A program made the position numbers and the translations under genes. A stretch of 63,941 nucleotides of DNA, filler included. It is 15 parts of 15 records of this genome, joined end to end, with 100 filler letters (N's around TTAATTAATTAA, not from the genome) between each part and the next. Parts side by side here need not be neighbours in the genome. Positions count along the whole stretch, not along the records: positions 42,020 to 45,149 come from SRR15195285_6641; positions 45,250 to 49,053 come from SRR15195285_6643; positions 49,154 to 52,726 come from SRR15195285_6660; 12 more parts are not named here. The stretch is one strand, 5' to 3'. Below are positions 42,087-52,826 of this stretch, one piece after another (the stretch's first letter is position 1; each line of letters starts with the position of its first letter). The notes beneath the pieces are model-generated. The model had not been told where the DNA came from and made no database searches. It saw only the letters and a program-made list of their open reading frames with translations.

Positions 42087-42734
42087 ATGGACAGCAGCAC
42101 GCTGCAAGTGTTACTGAAAGCCCCAATTTCACCGGCTCAGCAAGTCATTCGCTCAGCCGATGGCTCAGTCACGATTCAACTTGGTCGGCTGGCACTGTGC
42201 TGTGCGTCACCTGGAGCCCTTAGTGCAGAAGCAGAAGCTGAGGCGGTCGCACTTTCGGCTGCTACCGGACGGAGATTGTCAATTGGTCGCAACACGCCAG
42301 CTGTGGCCGCTGCTCTCATGCAGACTCGCTCCAGTGGTACAGAACAAGAAGGGTCGTCGAGTGGCGATGAGAAACGAACAGGCGGAGATACGGCAGCTGT
42401 CGCTGATAGTGAAAATGGCAAGCGTTTGCAAGACGAGGTCAGGGCTGTGGTTGTCAACATCTCAACACGATCGGAGCGGACATTTCTACTAGGTCGCCCA
42501 AATTCAGGTAGTCCCGGCGGGACCGGCCCAACAGTCGGGGCTCTTCGCGCTGCGATCAAAGCTACCGGAGACTTTGGTGGAAGCGGACCAGCTGATGCTC
42601 ACGCTCAGACTCAAACCCAGCAGGACTGTAGCAGCTTCGAGCTTGTTGTCGGCACAGGAACCCCGTTGGCAGATGATGCACTACTTGTGCAAGCTGCGCT
42701 ACGAGGTGTCATCTTACTCATTCCCGGCAAGTGA
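42087..42734 (+). CDS. Hypothetical protein (probably the 3' part of a truncated gene; weak ubiquitin-like flavour at the C-terminus)
   Basis: 215-aa ORF following a poly-Gly-coding run; TVGALRAAI...FELVVG.G.PL.DD pattern only. Confidence 0.4.
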   Translation: MDSSTLQVLLKAPISPAQQVIRSADGSVTIQLGRLALCCASPGALSAEAEAEAVALSAATGRRLSIGRNTPAVAAALMQTRSSGTEQEGSSSGDEKRTGGDTAAVADSENGKRLQDEVRAVVVNISTRSERTFLLGRPNSGSPGGTGPTVGALRAAIKATGDFGGSGPADAHAQTQTQQDCSSFELVVGTGTPLADDALLVQAALRGVILLIPGK

Positions 42735-42857
42735 TGGAGCAGCAAGAGTCATCTGAGTTTGCGACAATCAAAAATAACCTTGCAATTCGACGCCACGCAA
42801 AGAGCAGCATCCACTGTACTGTGTACTGCACTAGCTACCACATGCATCTCTATCTAG

Positions 42858-44912
42858 CTAGAGCTTTGCATCTGGCTGCAACAGAACGCATCCGCCTGAT
42901 TGTGTAGCGTGCTCCCATGCTGTGCTCCACTCGTCGGTGCCATCATCATCCCAGAAATCGCTCATTACCTCTTGGTCATAAGCGAGTGGCGGAGTCGAGC
43001 CTGTCATGTGCGGCCGTGTCATCCACCCGCCACCGCGCGCGTCTTCCTGACGGCCACCACGCCAGCGCAACACCACAAAGACTCAGTAGGTGAGCAACAT
43101 CACAACATGTAGTGTGCACCTACCGACGTGCACGTGAGCATTACCGCGCCATTTTTATACCGCGACCGTACGATAAAGTTCTTCAATACGCGCTTTGGAG
43201 GCAATGCACTCAGCCGCTGCAACTCTTCCCGGTCTATCTCCATCCCAAGACCAGGCCCGTTTGGTACACGGACAACTCCGTTTATGGGCTCCATCGCACG
43301 TCGGCAATCGTTTGTTACTACGTCGTGCTGGAATGTCTCCGTATCCTATCAGTCGCACACAGTATTAGAACAAAGCGGTGAGCGTCGGCAATACCCACAG
43401 TGTCGATCCATTGTCTAACTAAGCACCTGACCCATCTGGCAACAAAGGATACATGCAACGGTTTGCTCACGTTGTGACACTTGAAGGTCGCTGTGGGGAA
43501 TGCGCTCATGAGATGAACGACCATGGAGCGTGTAATTGCACCGCCAACGTTCTGAAGCATGAAAGGCCGCCGTGCTGCCGCAAAAAGTCCTAATGGTATT
43601 GCAAAGGGCGGTTTAGTGCTAAGTGCGCATGTGGGTGCGGAACCGTCTCTTGTGTAGTGTCAGTGCACCTGATGCCGCTACCGCAGCGCCGATAGGGCTA
43701 TGGCCCATCATGTAGATATCTTGCAATGGTCGAGCAACATGCGCGCATACATACATGCCCTGCGTTAGTTGAGTTGGATGCACGTCGTGTGCGGCGATGA
43801 ATTCATCAATTTACCCGCAATGTCCATGAGTACCTCGGTGGTAAATCCCATCGGTGCATGATGCAGCACCTGCAAAATATGCCATGTGCACATCCTCAGC
43901 AGTGACGAGTCGACTACTAGTAGTGGCCAAGACCGAGCAGACCAGCCATCTCTTTACGAAACCGTCCTGAGTTGCGTAGGCAGAACTGTGGTCTCACGAC
44001 TGGTCTTCCTGCCCTGGCTTTCAGCTCTTTGTATGCAAAGATGTCCTCTGGTGCAAAGGAATCTTCGAAAACCCCGACGCAGTCGTATCTGCACAGCGCG
44101 TCATCGACGCCAGCGGTAGCAGCGCGGTTACTATTTTTGGCTGCTGCACAATCATAGCTGCTGATCGGGAGCAGCTGTGGCACAGATTTGTGCATAGCAT
44201 GCATAGGGTGCACGCACTGCGCCAGCCGCTCGCATAGGTGAGTATGCCCTTCTAGTGGTTCCATAGTGAAGTCGAGGTGAAGCTTGAAACCTGGCGGGGC
44301 GACTGCGGCGATCGCCTCGACTTGGTCGATGACATTCTGAAACGGCGACAAATGGTACTTCATCCAGGTGTATCCCTGCGCGGCGTAGCGCTGCACTGCC
44401 TCAGCCATATGCGTGGGTTCAGCCGAGACGGTCCAGCTGCCAACAGGAACGTAAGCGCGTTGCTGCGGGCCCACTAGCTGCCACACCGGCACACCCACAG
44501 CCTTGCCCATCAGGTCGTACATCGCCGTCCCCAGCCCCAAGGACGTCTTGTCCCCAATCCACTGAAACGGATTGGTCCCGATGTACTGCTCGATCACCGC
44601 AGACTCGTCGCTGCCCGCCTCACCAATTCCCGTCAGGCCAGTGTCCGTGTGGGCGATGAAGATAAAACGCTTCTGCAGGCCGGCGTGCATCCGTAAGCTG
44701 AGTGGCACGCGTGTGACCTTGCGCGAAAACCCTTTTGGTTTGTGTGGCAAAATGGTTCGTCCCAATGAACTAGTACGTGTTGATGCTGCTGCTGCAGAAC
44801 TGTGCGTCAGTTTTGAACTTACAGAGCTCTCGTAGTAGTGGTCGAGCGTGTCTCGAATCCACTCGTGATGGAGGCAATCCACCTCATGCACCTCGATGTC
44901 GCTCACAATCAT
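42858..44912 (-). CDS. Mandelate racemase/muconate lactonising enzyme family (enolase superfamily), about 8 exons
   Basis: TDTGLTGIGE, AMYDLMGKAVGVPVWQLVG, GYTWMKYH, HLDFTM, FEDS, VPNGPGLGMEID. Clear GT-AG introns at 44673-44822 and 44089-44217, plus about five more between 43085 and 44000. Confidence 0.88.
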
Positions 44913-45264
44913 CAGCGCTTGACCTCTCGTCCTCGTTGGTGTCACCGGTTGCAGGTCAGGCCACGACCTAGCTGCCACTCAGGCTGAGGCTCAGTTCTTG
45001 TCCATCGCAGTGACTGAAGACGTATACGCGGAGGTACCCGCGGGAGCCGGCGCGGACCATGCGCGCGTGCGCGCGACCGCGCGCCGACAGCGTGCGCCAT
45101 ACGCGTCGATCAGACTGCAGCAGTGCCCAGGTGAGTAAGGGAGTTACATNNNNNNNNNNNNNNNNNNNNNNNNNNNNNNNNNNNNNNNNNNNNTTAATTA
45201 ATTAANNNNNNNNNNNNNNNNNNNNNNNNNNNNNNNNNNNNNNNNNNNNTTAATAGATTGTGCC

Positions 45265-45303
45265 AGCGCACCGACACTAGATATAATCTAGTGTCGGTGC
45301 GCT
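45265..45303. repeat. Perfect 18-bp hairpin AGCGCACCGACACTAGAT-ATA-ATCTAGTGTCGGTGCGCT
   Basis: Arms 45265-45282 and 45286-45303 are exact reverse complements. Confidence 0.95.
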
Positions 45304-45747
45304 AGGCTCTCGAAGATACGCCAACAGCACAGCACAATCTTTCGCTGTTGCTGACGTGCTGCGAGCCTACAGCTCCTGGAGGAACCATACGGGGTAGCGT
45401 TGCGCTTACTAGTAGATGTGCTGCGAGTGGACGCATCCAGATATGTGACAGAGCCACCTTCATTTCAGCTTACATGCATTGCTACCTCAAGACCCGCCAG
45501 CTTCCAGACTAGTATTTCAACAGGTCTGGTTGGTTGGCGGCCCTCCCGCTGGTAGCGCAGAGCGTGACCGCGAGATGTATGGACACACCCTCGCGGTCCT
45601 TGCCGTGTGCCAGATCATTACCAGTGATGTTGGCATCGCCCGTATGCAGACTGGGCACTGCTGAGCGGGGTACAACGGCCACCTTAGTAGGCCAGTGATG
45701 TGTATCTGTGATATTAGCCTCGAGGAGGGTCACGCGGTGCGCATTAA

Positions 45748-46848
45748 TCACTCGGCGAAGCTCAGTGTGCTCGCTCGTCCTCGCCGCGGCAACACCTCCG
45801 GCTGGCAGATCTCCTCACAGGCTGTCATCCCCAGCTCCTTCGCCATCTCAGCCGCCGTGAGGTTCATCACATTCTTGATCGTGCGCGAGGCCCCCTTCTC
45901 CAGCAAATAGGTCGCGATCTCAGCAAACCCGCCTGCCGCGGCCCAGATCAGCGCCGTGTCGCCATCAGCGTTCTGGCTGTCGATCGTCGCCAAGCCTCCT
46001 TCCTTCGCTTGCCCGTCCAGGATGATTCTGCAGCACTCCTTCGCTTGCACTGCCGGAAGTTCTCCGCCGTCCGCGGTGCTGCCTGACGCAGCGTTGACTG
46101 CCCACATCAATGCTGTGTTTCCCTTTCTGTCCGGAGTGGACAACAGGCTGTTGGCCCGCTTGATGTTGGCGTCAGCCTCCTCTGCTGTCATTCCCCCCGA
46201 GACGACCTTCTCCAGCAAAACTTTTAGGATTGCATCCTGGCCCATGCGAGCCGCCATTGCAAAGACAGAGACGCCGTTGTTGTTTGTCTCCTCGATGGAG
46301 GCGCCCTTGCCAGTTAGTAGCCGCACGACCTTGATGTGGCCAGACAGGACCGCCCACATCAGCGCCGTGTAGCCCTCTGTGTCTTTCTGTTCCAGGTCCA
46401 TCATCGGCTCGTCCTCTAGCCCGTCGGCACCCTGTACTTTACGCTGCGCCACGATGGCCGCGGCAGCCTCCGCCATCCCGTTCCTCGCCGCGAGCATCAG
46501 TGGCGTGTTGCGCATCTGGTCCTGAGTCGTCCGGGTCGCGCCGGCGTCGATGAGTGCCGTCACAACGTCCTCTCGCCCCTGCTCTGCAGACTCGCTCAGC
46601 GCCGTGCTACCAAAGTTGTTCTTGGCCTCCAAGTCCGCGCCATTCTCCAGAAGCATGTTGACCGCATCCTTCAGCCCCATCCGTGCCGCCCACATGAGCG
46701 GGGTGTTCCCGTTCGTGAAGCGGATGTCGATGTCGGCGCCGCCTGCCTTCAGCTCCTCCATCTCCTTCTTGTCCCCACGCCGCGCGGCGGTATAGACATC
46801 GAGGAACTCCTGGTGCTCCGCTGTGATCTCGCCGGTCGTCTCCGCCAT
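45748..46848 (-). CDS. Ankyrin-repeat protein
   Basis: About 8 repeats: GNTPLMWAA, GSTALSESA, NTPLMLAA, GYTALMWAV, GNTALMWAV, GDTALIWAA. Confidence 0.92.
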   Translation of the reverse strand: MAETTGEITAEHQEFLDVYTAARRGDKKEMEELKAGGADIDIRFTNGNTPLMWAARMGLKDAVNMLLENGADLEAKNNFGSTALSESAEQGREDVVTALIDAGATRTTQDQMRNTPLMLAARNGMAEAAAAIVAQRKVQGADGLEDEPMMDLEQKDTEGYTALMWAVLSGHIKVVRLLTGKGASIEETNNNGVSVFAMAARMGQDAILKVLLEKVVSGGMTAEEADANIKRANSLLSTPDRKGNTALMWAVNAASGSTADGGELPAVQAKECCRIILDGQAKEGGLATIDSQNADGDTALIWAAAGGFAEIATYLLEKGASRTIKNVMNLTAAEMAKELGMTACEEICQPEVLPRRGRASTLSFAE

Positions 46849-47441
46849 ATTGGAGGCGTAACCTCCCGCCTCCCTGCCGTAGCGGCTAAGGGCTGAGGGG
46901 AGCACCGGAGCAAGGGCTCTGCAGCGTTTCGTTCGATTCAGGAACGTTCAGGCAGCAGAGGGGCCAACTTGGGCACATCATCGAATCAAAGCAGAACCGG
47001 CAGGGGATCCGCCGCTCGAGAATCAGACATCGACACACGACATGAAGAGCCCTGCAGCTGAATCGTGGATACATGCATTGAGCCGGTATGTGGATTGACT
47101 GGAAGACAGAGACGCATCGCATGATTCCTGGCGCCGCGCGCTGCAGGATTCCTACTCAGCGTGCGTGGGCACGGACTCGGGACTGCGTCAACCGTCATGC
47201 GCAGTCATGCGGAGTGCTGATGCATGGCGCCGGGACCCGGGAGTGCGTGCATGCGCCGCCGTGGTGGTCGAGTCGGCGCCGCGGTGGTCGAGTCGCGCCG
47301 CGGTAGCATTAGGTCATCGATGCGCCGGCGAACACGTGCTACGTCGAAATGGCCGAGGCTTGTCTGTGTTACACTGTAGAACGAGAGGGCCTGCCTCACC
47401 AGTGAACTCCTCAGGCGGACTGCTGCAGGGTACGGCTGATC

Positions 47442-48806
47442 ATGCCGCCAAAGCGCGCGATTACGCCGAGGCGCGAGCTCCCGCTGAGCCCCGCGGCCCA
47501 CCGAGAGAAGGCGGCGGCGGCAGCGCCGACAGCGCCTACAGGTGTGCCTAGTGACGAACTTGCGTGGCTTCGCCGCCGTACCGTCAGATCTCTATCGGCC
47601 GCAATGTTCTGCCAATTTTTCACGAGCACTATGGTTCAACAGGCGCAGATTGCGGTCGCTCTGCGCCTGAGCGCAGGCAATCGTGCGCTGGTCATCAGCC
47701 GAATGTCTCTCATGCAAAGCGTCGCGGCAGCGATCCAGTTCCTGGTCACACCGCTGTTCGGCGCGCTGTCTGACCGATATGGGCGGCGCCCGATTCTCCA
47801 GGGCTCAAATATTCTTGGCGCAACGCTGCGATTGTCGGTTGTGCTCTTCCCGTCGTGGACGACCCTCGCCCTGATCAAGACCGCGGGGATGAATTGCAGC
47901 AATGCTTTCCGCACGGGCGTCGACGCCGCGCTTTCCGATGTTTTTGAAGGCGCGTCCCTTGCCGTTGCAAGCTCGGAGGTGAAGAGTATCATGGGTTTCA
48001 CGATGCTAATCGCGCCCATCGTCGGCGGCTGGCTCACAGACATCAGCCCATACTTGCCTTTCGTCGTATCGTCAGGCATCGGCTTCTTCAACTCCGTCCT
48101 CATCCGTGTGTTCTTCAAAGAAACCGCAAAGGAACAGACACCACAGCAACGCACCCGCTCACTTCTCCCGAACCCGCTCGGCTTTGTCAAGCTGTTTCGC
48201 AACGGTCGCCAGCTAGCGCTGCTCACCTTGAGCACAGGCATACAGTCTATCACCGAGTTCGGGCCGCACGGCATCGATCGGCACTTTGCAGCCGAGGCTG
48301 TCGGCATGACGAACTCGCAAGAAGGCTACTATTCCAGCATTCGGGGCTTGGCTGTCATTATCGGTGGCAAGTTGGTAAAACCGCTGCTCGAGAGGCTCGG
48401 CACCACCCGCTTCGTTGCACTGGGCAACTGGTCATGCTTCATGTTCTACGCTGTCAAAGCAAGTGCCCGTGGGCCGCTGACCATGTTCGGACACCTGATA
48501 TTCTATGTCACTGGGGGTCACACGTTCCGGATCGCTCCTTTGATGGCGATGCACACCCGACGTGCCCTAGATGTGGGCATGAGTCGTGGAGAGGTGGCAG
48601 CAGCTCGGTCTAACTTCGAGGCTCTGCTCAAGGTTGCAGCGCCACAGGTCTTTTCATTTGTCTATACGTCTGTGCGGGATCGACCACAGCTGCAAGGTGC
48701 ACCGTATGTTCTTTGTGCTCTGCTGGTGGTGCTCGCGCATGGGTTGTTCAGCCTGATTGGACCACAAGATGTAGACAGGTGCAAGGCAAAAACGCAGACG
48801 GTGTGA
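47442..48806 (+). CDS. MFS transporter (TetA/DHA1/MFSD14-like), intronless
   Basis: Motif A FGALSDRYGRRPIL, motif C-like APIVGGWL, about 12 hydrophobic segments, GAPY near the C-terminus. Confidence 0.9.
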   Translation: MPPKRAITPRRELPLSPAAHREKAAAAAPTAPTGVPSDELAWLRRRTVRSLSAAMFCQFFTSTMVQQAQIAVALRLSAGNRALVISRMSLMQSVAAAIQFLVTPLFGALSDRYGRRPILQGSNILGATLRLSVVLFPSWTTLALIKTAGMNCSNAFRTGVDAALSDVFEGASLAVASSEVKSIMGFTMLIAPIVGGWLTDISPYLPFVVSSGIGFFNSVLIRVFFKETAKEQTPQQRTRSLLPNPLGFVKLFRNGRQLALLTLSTGIQSITEFGPHGIDRHFAAEAVGMTNSQEGYYSSIRGLAVIIGGKLVKPLLERLGTTRFVALGNWSCFMFYAVKASARGPLTMFGHLIFYVTGGHTFRIAPLMAMHTRRALDVGMSRGEVAAARSNFEALLKVAAPQVFSFVYTSVRDRPQLQGAPYVLCALLVVLAHGLFSLIGPQDVDRCKAKTQTV

Positions 48807-49023
48807 CAACATCCGGTCGATTTGATCATTGGTGTGGCCGAATGCACTTGCAGATTTGAATCGCATCCCACGCAGATGATAGCCTCCTCATCCTCGCGTG
48901 TGCAATTGTCACTCCGCCTGTTAGCGTGCTTACCGCATCACCTGGCACCTGCAAATGTTCGGGAGGTTGTTGAGATCGCGATTCATTCATTCATAGCGTA
49001 CTTGTGACAGGCAAATGACAACG

Positions 49024-49053
49024 GGCATAAGGCGCCTTAAGGCGCCTTATGCC
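49024..49053. repeat. Perfect 30-bp palindrome GGCATAAGGCGCCTT|AAGGCGCCTTATGCC at contig end
   Basis: Exact self-reverse-complement, running into the spacer. Confidence 0.95.
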
Positions 49054-49470
49054 NNNNNNNNNNNNNNNNNNNNNNNNNNNNNNNNNNNNNNNNNNNNTTA
49101 ATTAATTAANNNNNNNNNNNNNNNNNNNNNNNNNNNNNNNNNNNNNNNNNNNNGCCATCGCCATCGCCATCGCCATCGCCATCCCCGGCGCTTACATAGT
49201 ATACCAACGGATCGCTACCGCCTACCGGCCGAAACCGTCAGAATCAGATTGTGACCGCCAAGAACCTACCGGTACGCAGCCGCAGTACGCAGCTCGTGAG
49301 CAGACGTGGCTCGCGCGGGGCGACGGAGCGGGGGCGGTACGATACGGCGGCGGTACGCGTACTATATTATATAGTTGGTCGACCGCCAGGCGCCACGGGT
49401 ACGCCGGCGGCGCTCGCCGGCCTCGCCCTCGCGTGCGAGACGCGGACGCGGAGGCCCCGCTGTCCCGGCG

Positions 49471-50906
49471 ATGGCGGCGAGGATCCTCCGAGTCGCTGCT
49501 ATTTCGCTGGCTGCTGGTGGTGGTGCTGTAGCTGGCGTGGATCGACACCCGCCGGCGCTTGGTGTGGCTGTGCTCGACGTCGCTGCACAGCAGCAGCTGC
49601 GTGCTCTCCTGGTGTCCTCGGCCGACTGGCTGCTGAATCACAACGCCAGTGGCATCTGCTTGAGGACGAATGAGAAGTGCGAAGGAGTGCACCCCCACCC
49701 CGGTTGGACGGGGAAGGCGGACGACGATTGGGGCAACTATGTGACTGGCAACCTCGCACGCACGCTGCTTGCGGCGGGAAAGATCACTGGCAACCAGAGC
49801 TATATCGACGAGGGGCTTGCTTGGGCGGACACCTTTTGTTCGGAGCAGCGCAATGTGACGAGCGCTGCAGGCTCACCTGCTGGATTTTGGCCAAGAGAGA
49901 TCTACTTTGCAGATACGGGCACAGGGGTGACGGCACTGGCCTATGCTGTCCACCTAGCGAACAGTCCATGGCGTAAGGCGCGCTACATGGAGGTGCTCAC
50001 CCGCTACTCATCGTACGTCCTGGAGGGCTGCAGCTCTCCACCCGGTAATGAGAGCGCTCGCTGGGGCCATCCTATTGGGACGGAAGGGCACCCATACTCG
50101 TGGGTCATACAGAGCGGTCTTGACAGGGGTTCAATGGGGGACGGCTACTGGAACGGCACCCTCAACGACTTCCCGTACACCATAGCAACTGCTACCACCG
50201 GTGCAGCCTTCATGGCGGAGATGTACCCTCTCACTCAAAACGAAACTTACAGGAACGTTGCAGATGGGGCCGTCGACTGGCTGTTGCGCAAAAGGGCGCC
50301 AAACGGCGCCAATATCTATACCTTTGATCACCCCGACAAGAACGATGGCCAGGGAGCGACGATTCTCACTGAGACCACAACATACCCAACAGAGGTTGGT
50401 GTATAGCCTTGCCCCTCCCCTCTCGCCATGACGCCGGTACCACGCACGGTCTCAGCTAAGGTTTTTCAGTCACTCCAAGCTCTACCCTCCCATCATCACG
50501 TGCGAGCTTACACGTGTTGGGTCTGTGGTTGGGTGGAACGCAGGGCTTCGTTGGCGTGGATCGGCACGTGCCGGGAGCCATTGCTCGCCTACAGGCTCTG
50601 AACACCACAGTGACCTGGGTGATCTCGATGCAAGCTCCGAACGGAAGCCTTGGCATTCCGATGACTCCGGGAGGCGAGCGTGCAACCAGGATCGCAAGTC
50701 TTCTGCAGTGGGGTGCGTTGCGACTGAAAGATCGCAAGGTGGCTGCGTCAGCGGCGAAGGCGCTGGAGAAGTGGGTGCACTACATTTTGACGGAGCACGG
50801 GGCCTGGGAAACTGGAGTCAATATCTACGGCTTGCCTACTGGTTTCGTTGGGCTGGCAGTTGCGGACTTGGTGCAGCCGTGGATTACTTGGTCGCCGCAG
50901 AACTGA
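49471..50906 (+). CDS. Secreted probable (alpha/alpha)-toroid (six-hairpin glycosidase-like) protein; exons 49471-50394, 50544-50906
   Basis: Signal peptide MAARILRVAAISLAAGG. Helical-hairpin signatures (KITGNQSYIDEGLAWAD, LTQNETYRNVADGAVDWLL, WVISMQAPNGS). Phase-0 intron 50395-50543. Confidence 0.65.
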
Positions 50907-52164
50907 ACGCAGCGCGCATAAAATCCTGCGGGTGGCCAACAAGCCGAGGCTCACCTGGGCTAGGATCAACACTGTATTGCCATGGGACTGTTGAGTCTGG
51001 TGTCGGATTGTTGAAATGTTGTGCTGACGGTGTGTCGGCGGCACCATGCCGAGACGTATCAACTCAGCTTGGCTTGATGAAACGGAATGAGGATTACAAT
51101 TTCATCATTCCTGACATTTCAAACGAGCTTGCGCTGCCCCTCCGTCAGATCCTCGAACCGTACTACGCTGCTGCTCCTCTCGACGGCTTCGACGGAAGCG
51201 ATTCATCCATCAGTGGAGTCTTGGGTCCGGTGTGTCTGCAAGCCTGAAATGATCTCGTCCCAGGCCGTGTGGCCAATGGCTGCTTGTGCTCCCGTTGGCT
51301 ATTGCCTCCACACGCTGCGCTAACACAGCATCGGACGCCCAAGCACGTGGCGTCATACAAACCTGACACATGACGCGCTGCCGGTGTCACTGGTAGTCCA
51401 GCCGCGGATCGTAAGCGCCCTCGCGCCCGGAGTAGCGTCGCGACTTTAAGGTGATGTGGCGATCGCTCTCGACATACCTCGACCGGATCGCGGACGACAG
51501 CGCCGCTAGACTACGCGCAGCGATCGGTCGCTTTGGTTGACCGTTTGCATTACTCACCCCCACCAGCTAAGAGGAAGAGATGGAATTACGTTCATGCATA
51601 CATCACATTCTCGTCTGCCGTTTACCTAATGCAGCACATTCAACTGAACTCATCCGTGATGACGTTCGTGAGGGCAGGACGCTCGTGATTGGATGCTGAT
51701 CCGTGAGCTTGCACCGAATTTTCAGGCTTCAGTTTCCCCACAAGCGGCGCAGGCTTCAACTGTCGCAGAAGCTTGACGTCGTGCACCCCTCCATCAGTTC
51801 AGCAAGCGGAGACGCGACCACGCGGCATTGAGCAGCTCCAGCACCATCGCTAAGTCTCCCGCGCTGACGGTGCCACAGATTTCCTCGTTAAATTCCACCG
51901 TGAAGGGTCCCTCGATCTTGTTGCGTTGCTCCTTCACTATCGCCACCGTTCGAGTGGCATCTCGGCTCTGGTGTTCCATCGCCTGACGGAACTAAACAGT
52001 GATGGCACGAGCCGCCGCAGGGCTGATCTCGCGACGAACGCACATCCATCCCTCAAGGACAGGCCGCTGCGAGGTGCACGTGCGTCTCTATACCTGCGTC
52101 TGGTAGCGCTGCACCCTTCAGATCGCGCGCGTGGAGTACTGGGGCAAGGACCCAACGGTGGCGC

Positions 52165-52563
52165 TCAGCGCCAGGTCTTGGGACGCGGCGGGGGGCTGCT
52201 CTCGCGATAGATCACGCAGATCGCCGCGACCGGCAACAGGCTGACCGCGAAGAGCAGCGGGTAGTACGGCAGCGGCACGAACGGCGCGTAGCTGCCCACG
52301 AGGCAGAACGGCACGAAGATCGCGAAGCCGTAGGCCACCATCTTTTCCTTCCGCTTGAATTCCGCCTCGACATGGATTAGGTCGGCGTACTCGTCGGACA
52401 GCTGCGCCTGCTTCTTCTTCTTCTGCGCCGTGAGCTTCCCCTTCTTCTTGGAGCTCTTCACCGCGGCGGCCCGACTCTCGAGCTCCAGTACCTCGCGCGT
52501 GGTCTCCTGGAACTCCTTGATCCCCCGGAAGCTCTTGTGCTGCGGGAACTCGAACGGGTTCAT
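52165..52563 (-). CDS. Small Lys-rich protein with two C-terminal TM helices (possibly the last exon of a truncated gene)
   Basis: High-GC3 codon usage; VAYGFAIFVPFCLVG and YYPLLFAVSLLPVAAICVIY. The ATG follows a CAG that could be a splice acceptor. Confidence 0.55.
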   Translation of the reverse strand: MNPFEFPQHKSFRGIKEFQETTREVLELESRAAAVKSSKKKGKLTAQKKKKQAQLSDEYADLIHVEAEFKRKEKMVAYGFAIFVPFCLVGSYAPFVPLPYYPLLFAVSLLPVAAICVIYRESSPPPRPKTWR

Positions 52564-52826
52564 CTGCGCGCTGAGCCCGCGGCCGACGAGCGTCTCCCAG
52601 CCCAGGTGCCTCGAACCCAGCTGCCGCCAGCCAGCCACCAGCCCCACCCACCCCCTCCGCCCCGTTCTCCTCCCTCGGTAGCTCCTGTAGCCCCGTGTAG
52701 CGCACAGTGCAGCCGTCCCCCCCCCCNNNNNNNNNNNNNNNNNNNNNNNNNNNNNNNNNNNNNNNNNNNNTTAATTAATTAANNNNNNNNNNNNNNNNNN
52801 NNNNNNNNNNNNNNNNNNNNNNNNNN

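Noticed and set aside
51794-52155. Short minus-strand ORFs downstream of the 2-TM gene
   Set aside because: No recognisable family and no consistent splice model; could be UTR or intergenic.
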